A stretch of 64,000 bases of DNA from Callorhinchus milii (lineage: Eukaryota): assembly GCF_018977255.1 (NCBI RefSeq), contig NW_024704742.1:100938001-101002000 (forward strand), written 5' to 3'. The notes under the pieces are model-generated. The model was not told the DNA's origin. It did no database searches and saw nothing but the letters and a program-made list of their open reading frames with translations. This document shows positions 26,480 to 38,449 of the stretch, piece by piece. The position numbers and the translations under genes were made by a program. How positions within the stretch are numbered: the first letter of the stretch is position 1; every line of letters starts with the position of its first letter.

Positions 26480-27860
26480 CTCACACTCATGTTCAAATCC
26501 ATTCACTCCCTGGCACCTCCCTACCTCTCTGACCTCCTCACTACCCAATCCACCATCTGGCACCTCTGCTCAACTGGCACCGGCCTCTTGCTTGTCCTTT
26601 GCACCCTCTGCTCCACCATTGGAGGTTGCGCTTTCAGCCACTACCACCCGAACCTCTGGAACACTCTCCCTCAATCCCTCCACCTTGCCCACTGTAAGAT
26701 GTCCAATTTAACCCTGCAGTGCAGTAAAGACTGAGACAAATCTTGTACAATGAATCAAGGTTTATCAATTTAATAATGGTTATAGGTAGTTAAAGAATAC
26801 AACAGAATAATGTTTATGTATCTATGTACAGTTGACAACGATTAAAGTTAACCAGACTAAATGTTGCGGAAGAGATGGAGGACTAATGTCCAATTTATTG
26901 TCCAATTTAATGCCCACCAAAAGGTATTCAGGTACTGCTGCACTGCTGCTCGCTCAGTCAATGAAAAGGTATCCAGGTACTGCAGTACTGTTACTTAGTT
27001 TGAGAGCATTGATAAAATTGTTGACAGTTGTCTAAGTCTTAGACTTGATTTTCCTTCTTTAGAAGGTGGAATATGGTTCACTGCTCCAAGTTCCAATTCC
27101 GTGTCTCTTCTGATTTTTTCCCCGAATCGATTTCTCTTTATCCAGTTGGTACATGATCTTTCACCTACTTCACTTTTTACAAGATGGTTTTCTTTTTGTC
27201 TCTAGTTTTTTCTCTGAAAGAAAATGAAGTAAGCCCCCATCATCCTCAAGCTGCTAATGAGCTAGAGCAGGCTCTTTTTGCGTGGGAAAATAACTGAAAA
27301 GGAGAAAGAGAAATGGGCAACTTTTTGGGAGGTTTCCTGTTTCTAAGTCTTGAGATAAGCAGATGTCCAGGAGTGTGCTTTCCTGTCTGAGCCCCTTATT
27401 TTCGCATCCATGCTCAAGGAAATTATTAATCAAAACTCAGATGGGAGTATGACATGTACCAACACACCGGACAAGGAAAAGTTATCAGAATCTGACCTCA
27501 GCTGGGGTCAAGCCAATATATCTTTACCTTGTTATTGCTAATTGACACATATACCCTCTTAGGGGCCCTAAGTTAGTCATTTAAAACAAACAACCCTATG
27601 AGGCAGGTTGCGTTCTAAAAGTATATTCAGATGAATTAAAAACCTTAAAAAAAATCAAGCATCACAATTATACTTTCAGATAATATCTAATACATTAATT
27701 ACAGAATACTTACAACCCTCTCACCCCTTTTTCAAGTCCCGTCTAAAATCGTTCCTTTTCAACTGTCCCACCAGATCGGAGTCAGGTTCCATTACTATTA
27801 AGTGCTCTGAGATGTTATCTGCAAGGTGGGCACTATATAAGTCCAAGTTGCTGTTGTTAT
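26480..27860 (+). mobile_element. Old L2 3' fragment split by an LTR insertion (L2 parts 26480-26692 and 27715-27860)
   Basis: 'FKSIHSLAPPYLSDLL..IGGCAFSHY..LWNTLPQSLHLA' stops at 26692; TTCAAGTCCCGTCTAAAA ('FKSRLK') and the tail resume after 27714. Confidence 0.8.
26693..27714 (-). mobile_element. Solo LTR (~1022 bp)
   Basis: TGTAAG...CTTACA inverted termini; interrupts an L2; both ends are homologous, as reverse complement, to the LTR at 28887-29620; internal tandem duplication of AAAAGGTAT(T/C)CAGGTACTGC. Confidence 0.8.
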
Positions 27861-28306
27861 AATTTGCTTATAATAATAACAATCTTTGCATTTGATATAA
27901 TGCATTTAATATAATTTCATGTTGCTGAAACATCTCAAAGTGCTTTACAGGATTTTACTATTAAGTGTAGTTTCTGTGTATTTGTAGCCAAAAGTTTTGT
28001 ATTTGATAACAGTACCAAGATATCCTGTTTTTGCTTACTTCACTATTATAACAGTGAGGACAATGGGTTAACAAATTATTATGAGGCTCTTAGAGATTAG
28101 GAAAGAATGATTCTGTTTATTAGGAATTAATTTTATCAAGATTTGTCCTGTTGGACTGAGTACAGTTAGGTTTACAATTGTCTTCTCCTCCATCAGGCTC
28201 TGTGAGCCCATCACCCAATACTCATTCAATTCCACTGGCGCTCCATCCTCCATCAGATCAAATTCATGGTCCTTGCAACATTTCATAGTTTAGCACCATT
28301 TGGCAA

Positions 28307-29620
28307 TGTAGGATTTCTGTAATTAATATGTTTAATGTTTATATATATTTGAAACATGTAATCAATCTCATGTAAGAGAGAAAATTCACAGTTTTCTAAT
28401 CATAATGTCAAATACATTCACATTTTAGTAGTTTCAATTGTTATAAATGTTACAGTGTCAATTATCGCAATATTACTTGATTTATTTTGATTTATTTTCT
28501 GTATTATTTATTTTTGTGTATTCCAGTATTTAATCAAATAAATGTGCCAATACAAAAAGGAACACCCACTGAAGTGATATTTTAATTTTTGTGGTAATAC
28601 AATTTAAGTATGACATTGTGAGCTTTTTTATTTATATAATTATTAATAAGATTTACTCTAATTGTTGGATTATGCATCGGATAAAAAAACATATAAAATG
28701 TTTTTTAAGAACATTTAAGAATCATAAAAAATGTTAAATTAGTTTGGTTTAAAATAATGTTAAACTAGTTTAGTTTGGAGATTGAATGCGGTGAGAGAGA
28801 TGGAGCAGAATGGTACCGATTTTACACTAATTGCAGTAAAAAAAAGTGGGTTTATGTTTGTAACCTTAACCCACTTCAGGGTGGACTGTAGGATTTCTGT
28901 AATTAATGTGTTAAATAATATCTGAAATTTTATTTGCAATGTTTGTATATATTTGAAGCATATGATCAATCTCATATGAGAGGAACTGGTTGTGACTAGC
29001 TTCGAAGAAGATTCTTGCTCGAGGAGATGCAAAAGATTGTTTATAAACAGTCATTTCATTCCTTATCAGTTATTTTCTCATGGAAAAATGGTCTGCAGCT
29101 GGAGAGAGCTATGTTGCATTTGTTTTAAAAAGGAACCATCTTGCAAAAGACAATAGGCGAGAGGTCACCTATTCAACAGTATAAACAGAGATCAAATTGA
29201 AAGTGAAGGAAGAAATTGGAACTTGGAGTCGCGAACCATATTCCAGCTTCTAAAGAAGGAAGATCAAGACTATGATTTGAACAACTCTAAACATACAATA
29301 ATATCTGGATACTTTTGGGTGATATCAAACTGGAAACTAAACTGTACAACAATACTTGGATACCTTTACAGGACATATATTTGGATTCAAATGGGACATT
29401 AAATTAGACATTACTCCTCTATCTCTCCCGCAGCATTTGGTTTGATCAACTTAAATCGTTGTGAATTAAAGTATATGTATATACGTAAGCATAATTGGAT
29501 GTATTCATTTAATTACTTATAACCATTATTAATCTGAATTAATAAACCTTGATTAATTGTACACCATTTGTGTCAGCCCTTACTTCACCACAAGGTCATG
29601 AAAATAAATTAACCCTCACA
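28307..29620 (+). mobile_element. Deleted LTR element: short 5' LTR start (28307-~28380), AT-rich spacer, complete LTR (28887-29620)
   Basis: TGTAGGATTTCTGTAATTAAT occurs at both 28307 and 28887; the LTR ends ...CCCTCACA and has AATAAA at 29541; AGGGTGGAC precedes the second LTR (PPT-like). Confidence 0.7.
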
Positions 29621-30459
29621 ACAATAATCATTCATCTTTAGAGAGATCACAATAATGTTTGGTATCGGGAATGAGAACTTTCAGACTGGTGCGGTAGGGT
29701 GTGATGTTTTGTGATTGGGGTTAAGGAACATTTTACGAGATATTTAGTTTTGAATGGGAGAAGTTTTACTCTGAATGCTGTAATTAACCCTACAAGTATG
29801 TAATGCTGCTACTTGGTTCCAAAAGCAGAAAACGGCAATTTTCTCCAGTTCTGACATCCTTTATATTAATGAATAAAAGAAAAGAACCATATGTACACTG
29901 ATAACTGATTTAAACATAGGCTATTGAGCAATCAACATTTCACTCAATGACTCACCAGAATGCAACAATAGAGCGGGTCAAGTGCAAGTGACTATGCCAG
30001 TTTCAGAGATGCGAGTCTGTCTAACTGAATTCACCAAACAAAAATACAGAAGAGAGCAGATACAGAGATCGGTAATAATAGTACTAACATTGCCTACTAT
30101 AATACTGCACTCATTATGAAGCCTAAGGATCTAAGTTGAAGTTGCACTCAATAATGAAGACAGAGGATCTCATTAAGGTTCCTTTCAGAGTATTGGGGTC
30201 AACCTAGCACCTTGAGGCTAGTAATTTTCATAATATCTTCCAGAATAATATGATGTTTATATTGTAAGATACAATTAGTGGAACCACAGACCATTTCTTA
30301 ATTTAAATTGTTTGGGTGAAAAATATTGCAACCTTGTTCTATTTCTCGCTTGGTACAGGTCTGCATTTGAGTGACTATCTGCTGCCTATTGGAGCATGTC
30401 TTAGGAAAAAGGAAAACCTGTGATTTGCTACAACACATTTCAGGACAATTGAGCCCAAT

Positions 30460-30750
30460 GACATGGCATAAGTTTACAATTGAAAAGTGTCAAGAGGCAG
30501 AAAAGATTTAAAGTAAACCAAATCCTGTATTGTAGTGAATATGTGGAAAAGATTCTGAAAAAAACAGTCAATGTAATGTTGAATAACTCCTAAAGATATC
30601 TGGATAATCACATCAGAGACCAATGTTGCAGGACATAAAGATGGACTTGGACTCAAATGTACAAATGCTCTATTTATGTGGAACAGGTGGAATTTTATTT
30701 GGAAAGAGGAAGGCCACATTTGGATGGAACAACCTTGGGGGATGCATGAA
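30460..30750 (+). mobile_element. Degraded CR1 ORF2 fragment
   Basis: ATTTAAAGTAAAC...TGTAGTGAATATGTGGAA...GGACATAAA...AAAT resembles CR1 C-terminal sequence, apparently rearranged. Confidence 0.4.
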
Positions 30751-30797
30751 TATTGTGTAGTTTCTCTTTGGTTCTAATACTTCTAATCCACTTTATA

Positions 30798-31185
30798 AAT
30801 AATAATAATAATACTTGCATTTGATATAGCGACTTATCACATCTTTGAGACATTTCAAAGCACTTCACGGAATATACTGCAAAGTGAAACACCAAATACT
30901 GCAGATGTTGGAAATCTGAAAACAAAAACAGAAGTTGCTGGGAACACTCAGAAGGTCAGAACTGAGTTTGAGTTCTGATAAAGGGTCATGGACCTGAAAC
31001 GTTCACTCACTTTCCTTTCTCCATAGATGCTGCCTGACCTGCTGAGTGTTCCCATTGTCTTCTGTTTTTGTTATACTGTAAAGTGAATTGATTGTATATT
31101 TTGTGGGTGAAATGCGGAAGCCAATTGTGCACAGCAGTGTCCCATAAACAGTCGTGGACTGAGTGATCGATTTTGTTATTATTAT
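30798..31185 (-). mobile_element. tRNA-Ala SINE 3' half (older tail type) hosting a PLE insertion
   Basis: (AAT)n, reverse-complement tail, Deu-type body; interrupted at 30889-31071. Confidence 0.9.
30889..31071 (+). mobile_element. Penelope-like non-autonomous insert (inverted tail + pLTR) with a minimal hammerhead ribozyme motif
   Basis: 16-bp duplication TATACTG(C/T)AAAGTGAA at 30873-30888 and 31072-31087; inverted arms CAAAAACAGAAG..GGGAACACTCAG / CTGAGTGTTCCC..CTTCTGTTTTTG; core AGTT-CTGATAA-AGGGTC-ATG-GACCT-GAAAC-GTT at 30971-31003. Confidence 0.8.
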
Positions 31186-31290
31186 TTTTGCAACATTCAC
31201 TGTGAGTTGTTATCAGATATTATTGTTTCAAACAGTATCTATGCAGAACTGATAGATAAGGATATCAAGGAATATGGAGCAAAGGCAGCT

Positions 31291-33735
31291 ACAACAACAA
31301 CAAAAACACGATTATATTTGTACAGCGCCTTTCATGTCGGGAGGACGTCCCAAGACGCTGGACAGTGTACAGCATTTCAGACCCGAGCTGGGGTCAGGGG
31401 TGGTGAAGGGAGGGGAGGGGAAGTGGGATGGCCGATGGCATGGTCGAAGAGGAGGGTCTGGAGGCGGGACTTGAAGGAGGCTAAGAAGGGGACGAGGCGG
31501 AGTGATTGGGGGATGGAATTCCGGAGGCTGGAGGAAGAGTGGCTGAAGGCTCTCCCACCAATGGTGGGGCAGGTGGGTCGGGGGACGTGGAGCAGGCCAG
31601 AGCCGGCTGAACGGAGGGAACAGTTCGGTTGGTAGGAGGTCGCAGAGGTAGGGTGGAGTGAGGCCATGGAGGGCTTTGTAGGTGAGGACCAGGATCTTGA
31701 ACTGGATCCTCTGAAGGATAGGGAGCCAATGGAGTTGGGCGAGAGTGGGGGAGATGGGGTCACAAAGTTTGGTGTGGGAGAGGACACGGGCTGCAGAGCT
31801 CTGGAATATCTGCAGCCTGTGGAGGGAGGAGTTGAGAAGGCCGACAAGCAGGGCGTTTGCATAGTCGAGCCTGGAGGTGATGAAGGCATGAACAAGAGTT
31901 TCAGTGGCCTGAGGGGTGAGGTAGAGGCGGAGTTGGTCGATGTTACGGAGGTGAGGGAAGGCAGAGTGGGTCATGGCTTGAATGTGGGGCAGAAAAGACA
32001 GTTGAGGGTTGAACAAGACACCTAGGTTCCTGACTGGTTTGGTGAGTTGTAGTGTGCAACCATGGAGGTTGATGCTGCCAGAGCCTGAGGTGCTGAGGCG
32101 CTGGCGTGAGCCAATCAGGAGGACCTCAGTCTTGTTCACATTCAACTGTAGGAAATTTGCCCTCATCCAGGACTTGATGTCCGACAGGCAGTCTGTCAGG
32201 ACAGCAGTGGTATTGGAGTTGAGGGTGGAGGCAGAAAGATAGAGTTGGGTGTCATCCGCATACATGTGGAAGTTGACCCCATGTCTGCGGATGATACCAA
32301 CGGGGGAGCATGTAGATATTAAAGAGGAGAGGGCCAAGGACAGAGCCCAGATGTTTAGAATGTTATTGGTGACTTTGACCAGGGCTGTTTCCGTGCTGTG
32401 GGCAACGCGGAAGTCGGATTGGAAGGGTTCAAAGAGGAAATGGCGAAAAAGAAAGGAGTGGAGCTGGGACCTGACGACTCATTCCAGGACCTTCGAGAGA
32501 ATGGGAGATTAGAGATGGGGTGGTAGCTGGAGAGGAGGGATGGATCCAGGGAAGGTGTTTGCAAGATGGGGGTGATAACGGCTGTTTTTAGGGGGGTGGG
32601 AACTGAACCGGTGGACAAGGAGAGGTTGATGACATCAGACAGAAGAGGGGCCAGAAGGTGGAGCTGGGAGATGAGGAGAGAGGTGGGGATGGGATCAATG
32701 CAGCAGACAGTGGGTTTGAGTTTGCGGACAGTCATGGGGAGGGAGGAGGGAGATATAGGGTCTATGGAGTATAGGGGGTGATGGTTGGGGGGTGGGTCAT
32801 GAGGGAGATGTGATGTGGGGGTGGCTGTGGATGGGGCTGAGGTGGCTGAACGTTTCCCCTCGATTTTAAATTCAAGAAAGTCCAGCATCTCCTCACAGTT
32901 GGAGTTTGAGGAGAGGACGGACGAGGTATGGGAAGGTGGATGGAGAAGTTGGTTTGTGGTGGAAAAGAGAAGCCTGGGGTTGTCCTTTGCCTTCAAAGTA
33001 ACCTTGGAGTAGAAGGAGGATTTGGCGGAGGCAAGAGCGCAGCGGTAGGTCTTGATGTAGTGAAGCCAAATCTGCCGATGGACCGTTAGTTTGGATTTAG
33101 TCCAGGCACTTTTGGCAGCTCGCACTTGTGCCTTGAGGGAACGGAAATGGCCCAAAGGAAATGGGGGATTTATGGGAGTATGAGGCAGTTCGGTAGGTGA
33201 GGGGGAAAGGAAGTCCAGAATGGAGGAGAGGGAGTTGTGGAGAACGAGAAGTGTGGAGGGGAGCTCGGTTAGTGAGGGGCATAGGTGTAGGAGTTCAGAT
33301 GAACTCCAGGGCAGTGGAGAGGGAGAGTGAGGAAATTTTTTCCATGGATGGTATGTAATGGTGGAGGGTTGGGAAAGAGGAAGGGGTACTGAGGTGTTGA
33401 GGGAGATGCAGTGGTGGTCCAAGATGGCTTTATCGACGATGGTGATGTCCGAGACGGTGAGGCCCCGGGTGATCACCAGATCAAGGGGGTGGCCATGGTC
33501 GTGGGTGATGGAGTAGATGAGGAGGGAGAGGTTAAGGTAAGAGAGGAGGGAGGAGAAGTCGTCAGAGATAGAGCAGGAGGGGGTGAAGTGGAGGTTGAAG
33601 TCGCCTAAGGTAAGGAGGCGTTTAGAGCAGATGGAGAGGGAAGATAGGCGGGTGGAGATGTCCAAGAGGAATGTGGGGGAAAGCTTGGGGGAACAGTAAA
33701 CAAGTAGGGTTTTGAAGGATAGCCTGGATTGGTGG
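31291..33735 (-). mobile_element. L2 subfamily 1, 5'-truncated, APE and RT remnants
   Basis: 'LGDFNLH', 'THDHGHPLDLVITRGL', 'LDHHCI', 'YADDTQLYLS', 'LVHAFITSRLDYANALL'; internal deletion near 32350; paralogous to 333-3349. Confidence 0.94.
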
Positions 33736-33738
33736 TAT

Positions 33739-34683
33739 AGCGCTTCACATAAACGGATCCTGGGGCCGAGCCACGGGGAGGGGGAGGAAGACGACCAAAG
33801 GCGTGGTCAATAGGAAAGATCTTCAGCCGAGACCTGAAAGTGGGAAGAGAGGGGGCGAGGCAAAGGGAGTGAGGAATGGAGTTCCAGAGCCTTGGGGCAT
33901 AGTGGCTGAAGGCACGGCCAATAGTGGTAGAGCGGAGGACTCGGGGTAAGGGGAGGAGGCCAGAGCGAAGGCAACGGGTACTGTTGTGAGGAGAGAGGAG
34001 GTCAGAGAGGTGGGGGTGCAGAGGAGTGGAGGGATTTGAATAAAGGTGAGGATCTTGAAGTCGATCCTCTCTGGGACAGGCAGCCAGTGTAGTCTGGCAA
34101 GGACTGGGGTAATCGGGGAGTGGAGTTTGGTGCGGGTAAGAATGTGGACGGCAGAGTTTTGGATGACCTGGATTTTGTGAATGGTAGTGGAGGGGAGACC
34201 GGTGAGGAGGGCATTTGAATAGTCCAGCCGAGAGGTGACAAAGGCACGGACAAGATTTTAGCGGCTTTTGGAGTGAGGTATTGTCGGAGACGGGTGATGC
34301 GTTGAAGAATGGAAGAAAGCGGTGCTGGTGAGGGACTGGATGTGGGGGAGGAAGGATAATTGGGGGTCGAACCTGACGTCTAGGTTGTGTACGGATTCGG
34401 AGAGTTTTAGGAGCAGGTCGGGTAGGTGGAGGAGGTGAGGACCGTGAGATTTTAGACATTGACGAGAGCCAAAGAGTATGGCTTCCGTCTTGTCAACGTT
34501 CAGCTGAAGGAAACTCAAGTTCATCCAGCCCCTGAGATTTGACAGGCAGGTTGACAGAACATCAGTGGACTGGTGGTCGCAAAGAGAGGTGGAAAAATAG
34601 AGTTGGGTGTCGTCCGCGTACATGTGGAAATGTACCCCATGGCTTCAGATGACATCCCCAAGAGAGAACGTGTAGATCAGAAA
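33739..34683 (-). mobile_element. L2 subfamily 2 3' fragment lacking its terminal repeat
   Basis: 'MYADDTQLYFSTSLCD..FLQLNVDKTEAILFGS' and '[15 protein letters not shown]'; closely matches ~16310-17260. Confidence 0.92.
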
Positions 34684-34893
34684 GGTAAATGGAGTTGAGT
34701 TACAGATCAGCCATGATCTAACAGAAAGGAGGAACAGGCTTGAGGATCTGAATGGCCTATGTCCCGATGATTGCTGAGACATAAAACTGAAAGGATGAAT
34801 TCTGGATTTGAATACATTTACCTGGATCTGTGGAAGGAACTGGCTTGATGGGCTGAGTGCCTTTTTCTCGTTCTGTGCTTTCGTATGTTCTTG
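34684..34893 (+). mobile_element. CR1 3' UTR fragments
   Basis: CAGATCAGCCATGATCT...GGAACAGGCTTGAGG..CTGAATGGCCTA and GGCTTGATGGGCTGA..GCC...TTCGTATGTTCTT. Confidence 0.75.
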
Positions 34894-35451
34894 AAACACA
34901 GTAAGTGAATAATGTACCAAACAGTCACAGACTTTAATTAAATGCACTTTTATCCAGATGTACTCCATCAATTCTCGAAGCATATTTGCAAATGTTGAAA
35001 ATACTGTTTTGAATGAAATAATCACAAATCACACTAAACTAAAATAAGAATGTTGAATCCAACTGCAGTTTCAAATTAAACAAAGCCTCAATAAACCTTA
35101 ATGTGTAAATAATCCAGGAATTGATGCCATTTTCTTGCACTGCTAAACCAGCCTTCATACCCTATCCTATAATGATCATAAAAGACAGAGGTGGGTCATG
35201 CAAGATAAAAGAAAGTTTAATGAATATAAATCTTGATCTGGCATAAGGATTCAATAGGTCAGAATTTGCTGTGATTAATGATGGAAATGGAGCCAAATCT
35301 TACCTTTGAAAGCTTCAATGCAAATTAATTTGTTATTTTCTGCTGGAAATACTGAAGTTTGGTTAATTTCATTGAACTTAAGGCAATGTCACAGCAGAAA
35401 GTGTAGAGGGTATCATTTTATAAGCTGAAGTGTCTGTCTGGGAAAGAAACC

Positions 35452-35823
35452 AATAATAATAATAATAAATAATCCTTGCATTTGATATATCAGATCTTCG
35501 AGATGTCTCAAAGCACTTCATAGAATATACTGTAAAGTAAATTGACTGTATATTTTGTGGGTGAAATACAGCAGCCAATTGCACACAGCAGTGTCCCACA
35601 AACAGTCATGGATTGAGTGACCAAATTATTATTTCTTTTAAGAGTTTATTACCCCCAGGAAAGCGATCCACCAATTGACTAACAACCGGGTTCATACTTA
35701 CTGGTAAGTAAATAGAGGAGTGTGGAGTAAGGAAACTTGCCCAATGTTTTGCCTGCTCGGGAATCGAATCCAGGTCCTCTCAATTGCGAGATGAGTGCTC
35801 CAACCACTGAGCTACAGGACTCC
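35452..35823 (-). mobile_element. tRNA-Ala SINE, long subtype, full length
   Basis: Head ends at 35823; carries an extra central segment (CCTCTATTTACTTACCAGTAAGTATGAACCCGGTTG...) absent from the short subtype. Confidence 0.92.
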
Positions 35824-38039
35824 ACCAATGTCACTCTGAGCCTGTAGTAACTATCTTGGGACAACTGCACCTGGGGATTAAACATGTGTTATTTGGGAAG
35901 CTGTTCAGGGCCTGAAGCTTCTGCCCAGGGGAAATTGTTAACATTATCTAAGGCCACGTCTCAGTATGTTCACATCTCAGATTTATTTTTACTAATTTGC
36001 ATGTTGCCAGCTGTTTTGGGGGCATCTGCCAGATCTTGCTGGAAGACTTCATGATCTTGAGTAAGCAAGTCTTATATAAAAAGTTTGTTTAAACAACTTT
36101 TGTGATATTCTTAATATCTTCCAATGCAAGACATAAAAATTAATGCTGGCATTCAATAGTGCTGAGAGTATGGCATATTTCCACAATTCAGCAATATACT
36201 CCGTTTTCACCCACAAAATACACAGTTAATCCACTTTACAGTATATCCTGTGAAGCGCTTCGAGTCATCTAAATGACATGATAAGGCCCTATATCAAATA
36301 CAACAATTATTATTATATATGTTTAAACATTTTGTGGAAAATTGGCTTCCAAAATCAGCTTCCAAAATTCTGCACAATCCTAAATTCTAAGACAATGATC
36401 TTACAGCTAAGACCTTATAAAATGTTGGATTTTTGGACTGAGCATTTTCTTCTGGGAGAGAGGAAGAGAAATATCTCACTTAATAATAATAATAATAATC
36501 CTTGCATTTGATATAGCGCTTTTCACGTCGGGAGTCACGTCACTTCCCCTATACCCAGATGACACAGTTACCAGAAAGCAGGCAAATTGATCTCAAAATG
36601 GTCTTTATAATAATGCTGAAATTGAACTAGGTAAAATCATGCAGTTTATGAAAGACTTCTATTGCTTGTCTATCTAAAGCTTGTGGGATTGGGACCAGTG
36701 AATATACTCTCAACAAATTATTAGGTGGCAGGTATGTATGACCCCAAAACAATGCCTTATTTCATTATCCCAACTTTGTCGAAGGCACAACACAGTTATA
36801 TGACTACGGTTAATGTTTTTCCTCCCTTATCTTTGCCCTCCCCAATCCCCTTAGTTCTCAATCCCAGTTGGGTGCCCAGCCGGCATTGTTAAGCACTTTG
36901 TAATGTCCTCCTGACACGAAAGGTTCTATATAAGTAACTCTTAGATGCTTTTTTTCATGAAGGGCACTATATAAATATAAGTTGTTGTTCTTGTAAATTA
37001 TTGCAAAAAATGAGTTTTTTTAATAAAAATCTGTTCTAGGTTATTAAATCTATTAGTTATTATTCAGAATACTAATTTTTCTATTGCAAATTTGGACTGT
37101 AATCTTTCATCTACACTGAAAACAGCAGTGGACAAGGTGATAAACCAAAGAAAAATCATTACCCTTTTACAATCCTATTGGTTATAATCGAAACCACCAG
37201 TGGATGTGTTACAGACAGGATGTGCAACACTATTTCATGAAGGTGACCAGAAGGACAGGTGTATTGTGTTATGTTTGTTTCTCTTCACTTGGCAGATGCT
37301 TTAACCTTTTCTTCAGGGAGTTTCAGTGGAACCCTTTTCTCATTTAGGTTATCATTAGGCACACACAAGACACAGCCTCACAGATCAAATGAGCAGCTTA
37401 AAAACCAATGTGTTTTTCTATCCTTAATGCTGCCTCCAGGAATTTCTGAAAGGATAATTACTGTGCTCCCTGATAAACACATGCTGCAGCTGGTGTCTGC
37501 ATTATAACATTTCTAATAATGGTTGCATTAGAAGGATATATGCCCTGAAGCTTTTCAAATGTGTGACTGCTGGATGTGCAGAATATGTAATGAGGGTTAA
37601 TAGAGTTAGAAATTGTTGAGTTTCACACACAGGAGACACAAGCAGTTGGATGGTTGTACTCTCTGAACAGTGTTTGAGGTTAGCGTTTATCTGTACATTC
37701 CTTTGCTTAATCATAATTGACACATTCCTAAATAAAACTTTTTATTTCTTCCTTTATTTGCTTCACTGGCAACAATTGCAATTTTCTTATGGTTATGTGA
37801 AAATCTGGACATGCAAACTGCGTGGGTTAGATAAGCACACCAGGTGAGTGATATCATCTCTGTACAGAGGGAGGTTATTTGCTGTCAGTTTTCGATGGTG
37901 CAGAGAAAATTCAGTGTCTCAGGGCTGTGTTACTAATAGATGGTGCTGTTTTGTGTGTGATTAAGCCAATCTGCGGGATGACTCAAACTATTGAGTAATT
38001 CTTTGTTGATTACTGGGAAATCCAGGAATTTTGTATCTG

Positions 38040-38420
38040 AATTTAAGTTTTGCCTTAAAGTGTAGTGACTGAGTATTTTGTAAGTGGGTGCGGCAGCTAA
38101 TTTTTACAGCAATGTCCACCAAACAGCCATGAAGTGAATAACTAAATTAATCTGTGCGATTGTTAGCAAGGACACCGGGAGAAGCTCCTTTACTTTTCGA
38201 GTAGTGCCATGGGATCTTTAATGGCCACCTGAACAGGCACAGATGGAATTTCAATTGGATGTCTCATTCAAAGGAGAATACATTCAAAAATACAGTCCAC
38301 CCTAGCATTGCATTGGAGTGTTGGCCTAGACTATATGAATTCAAAGACCCAATGTGGGGCTTGAACTCACAATGTTGTGACTTAGAGGCAAGATTGCTAC
38401 CAGCTGCACCAAGTTGTCAC
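38040..38420 (-). mobile_element. Old Deu/SacSINE1-like SINE
   Basis: AGTGCCATGGGATCTTTAATGGCCACCTGAACAGGCA...TCTCATTCAAAGG...GGGCTTGAACTC. Confidence 0.75.
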
Positions 38421-38449
38421 AATATCTTCCTCTTACTTACTAATCCTAG

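Noticed and set aside
31312..32337. 341-aa ORF with YADD motif as a functional RT
   Set aside because: Only the C-terminal half of the L2 RT; upstream motifs are deleted and the end is frameshifted.
32355..33665. 436-aa ORF as an intact gene
   Set aside because: L2 ORF2 remnant that drifts between frames, is 5'-truncated and has an RT deletion; not a host gene or active element.
37780..37850. Consensus splice donor CAG/GTGAGT near 37843
   Set aside because: No well-placed acceptor and no recognisable peptide; an isolated donor match is expected by chance in 64 kb.
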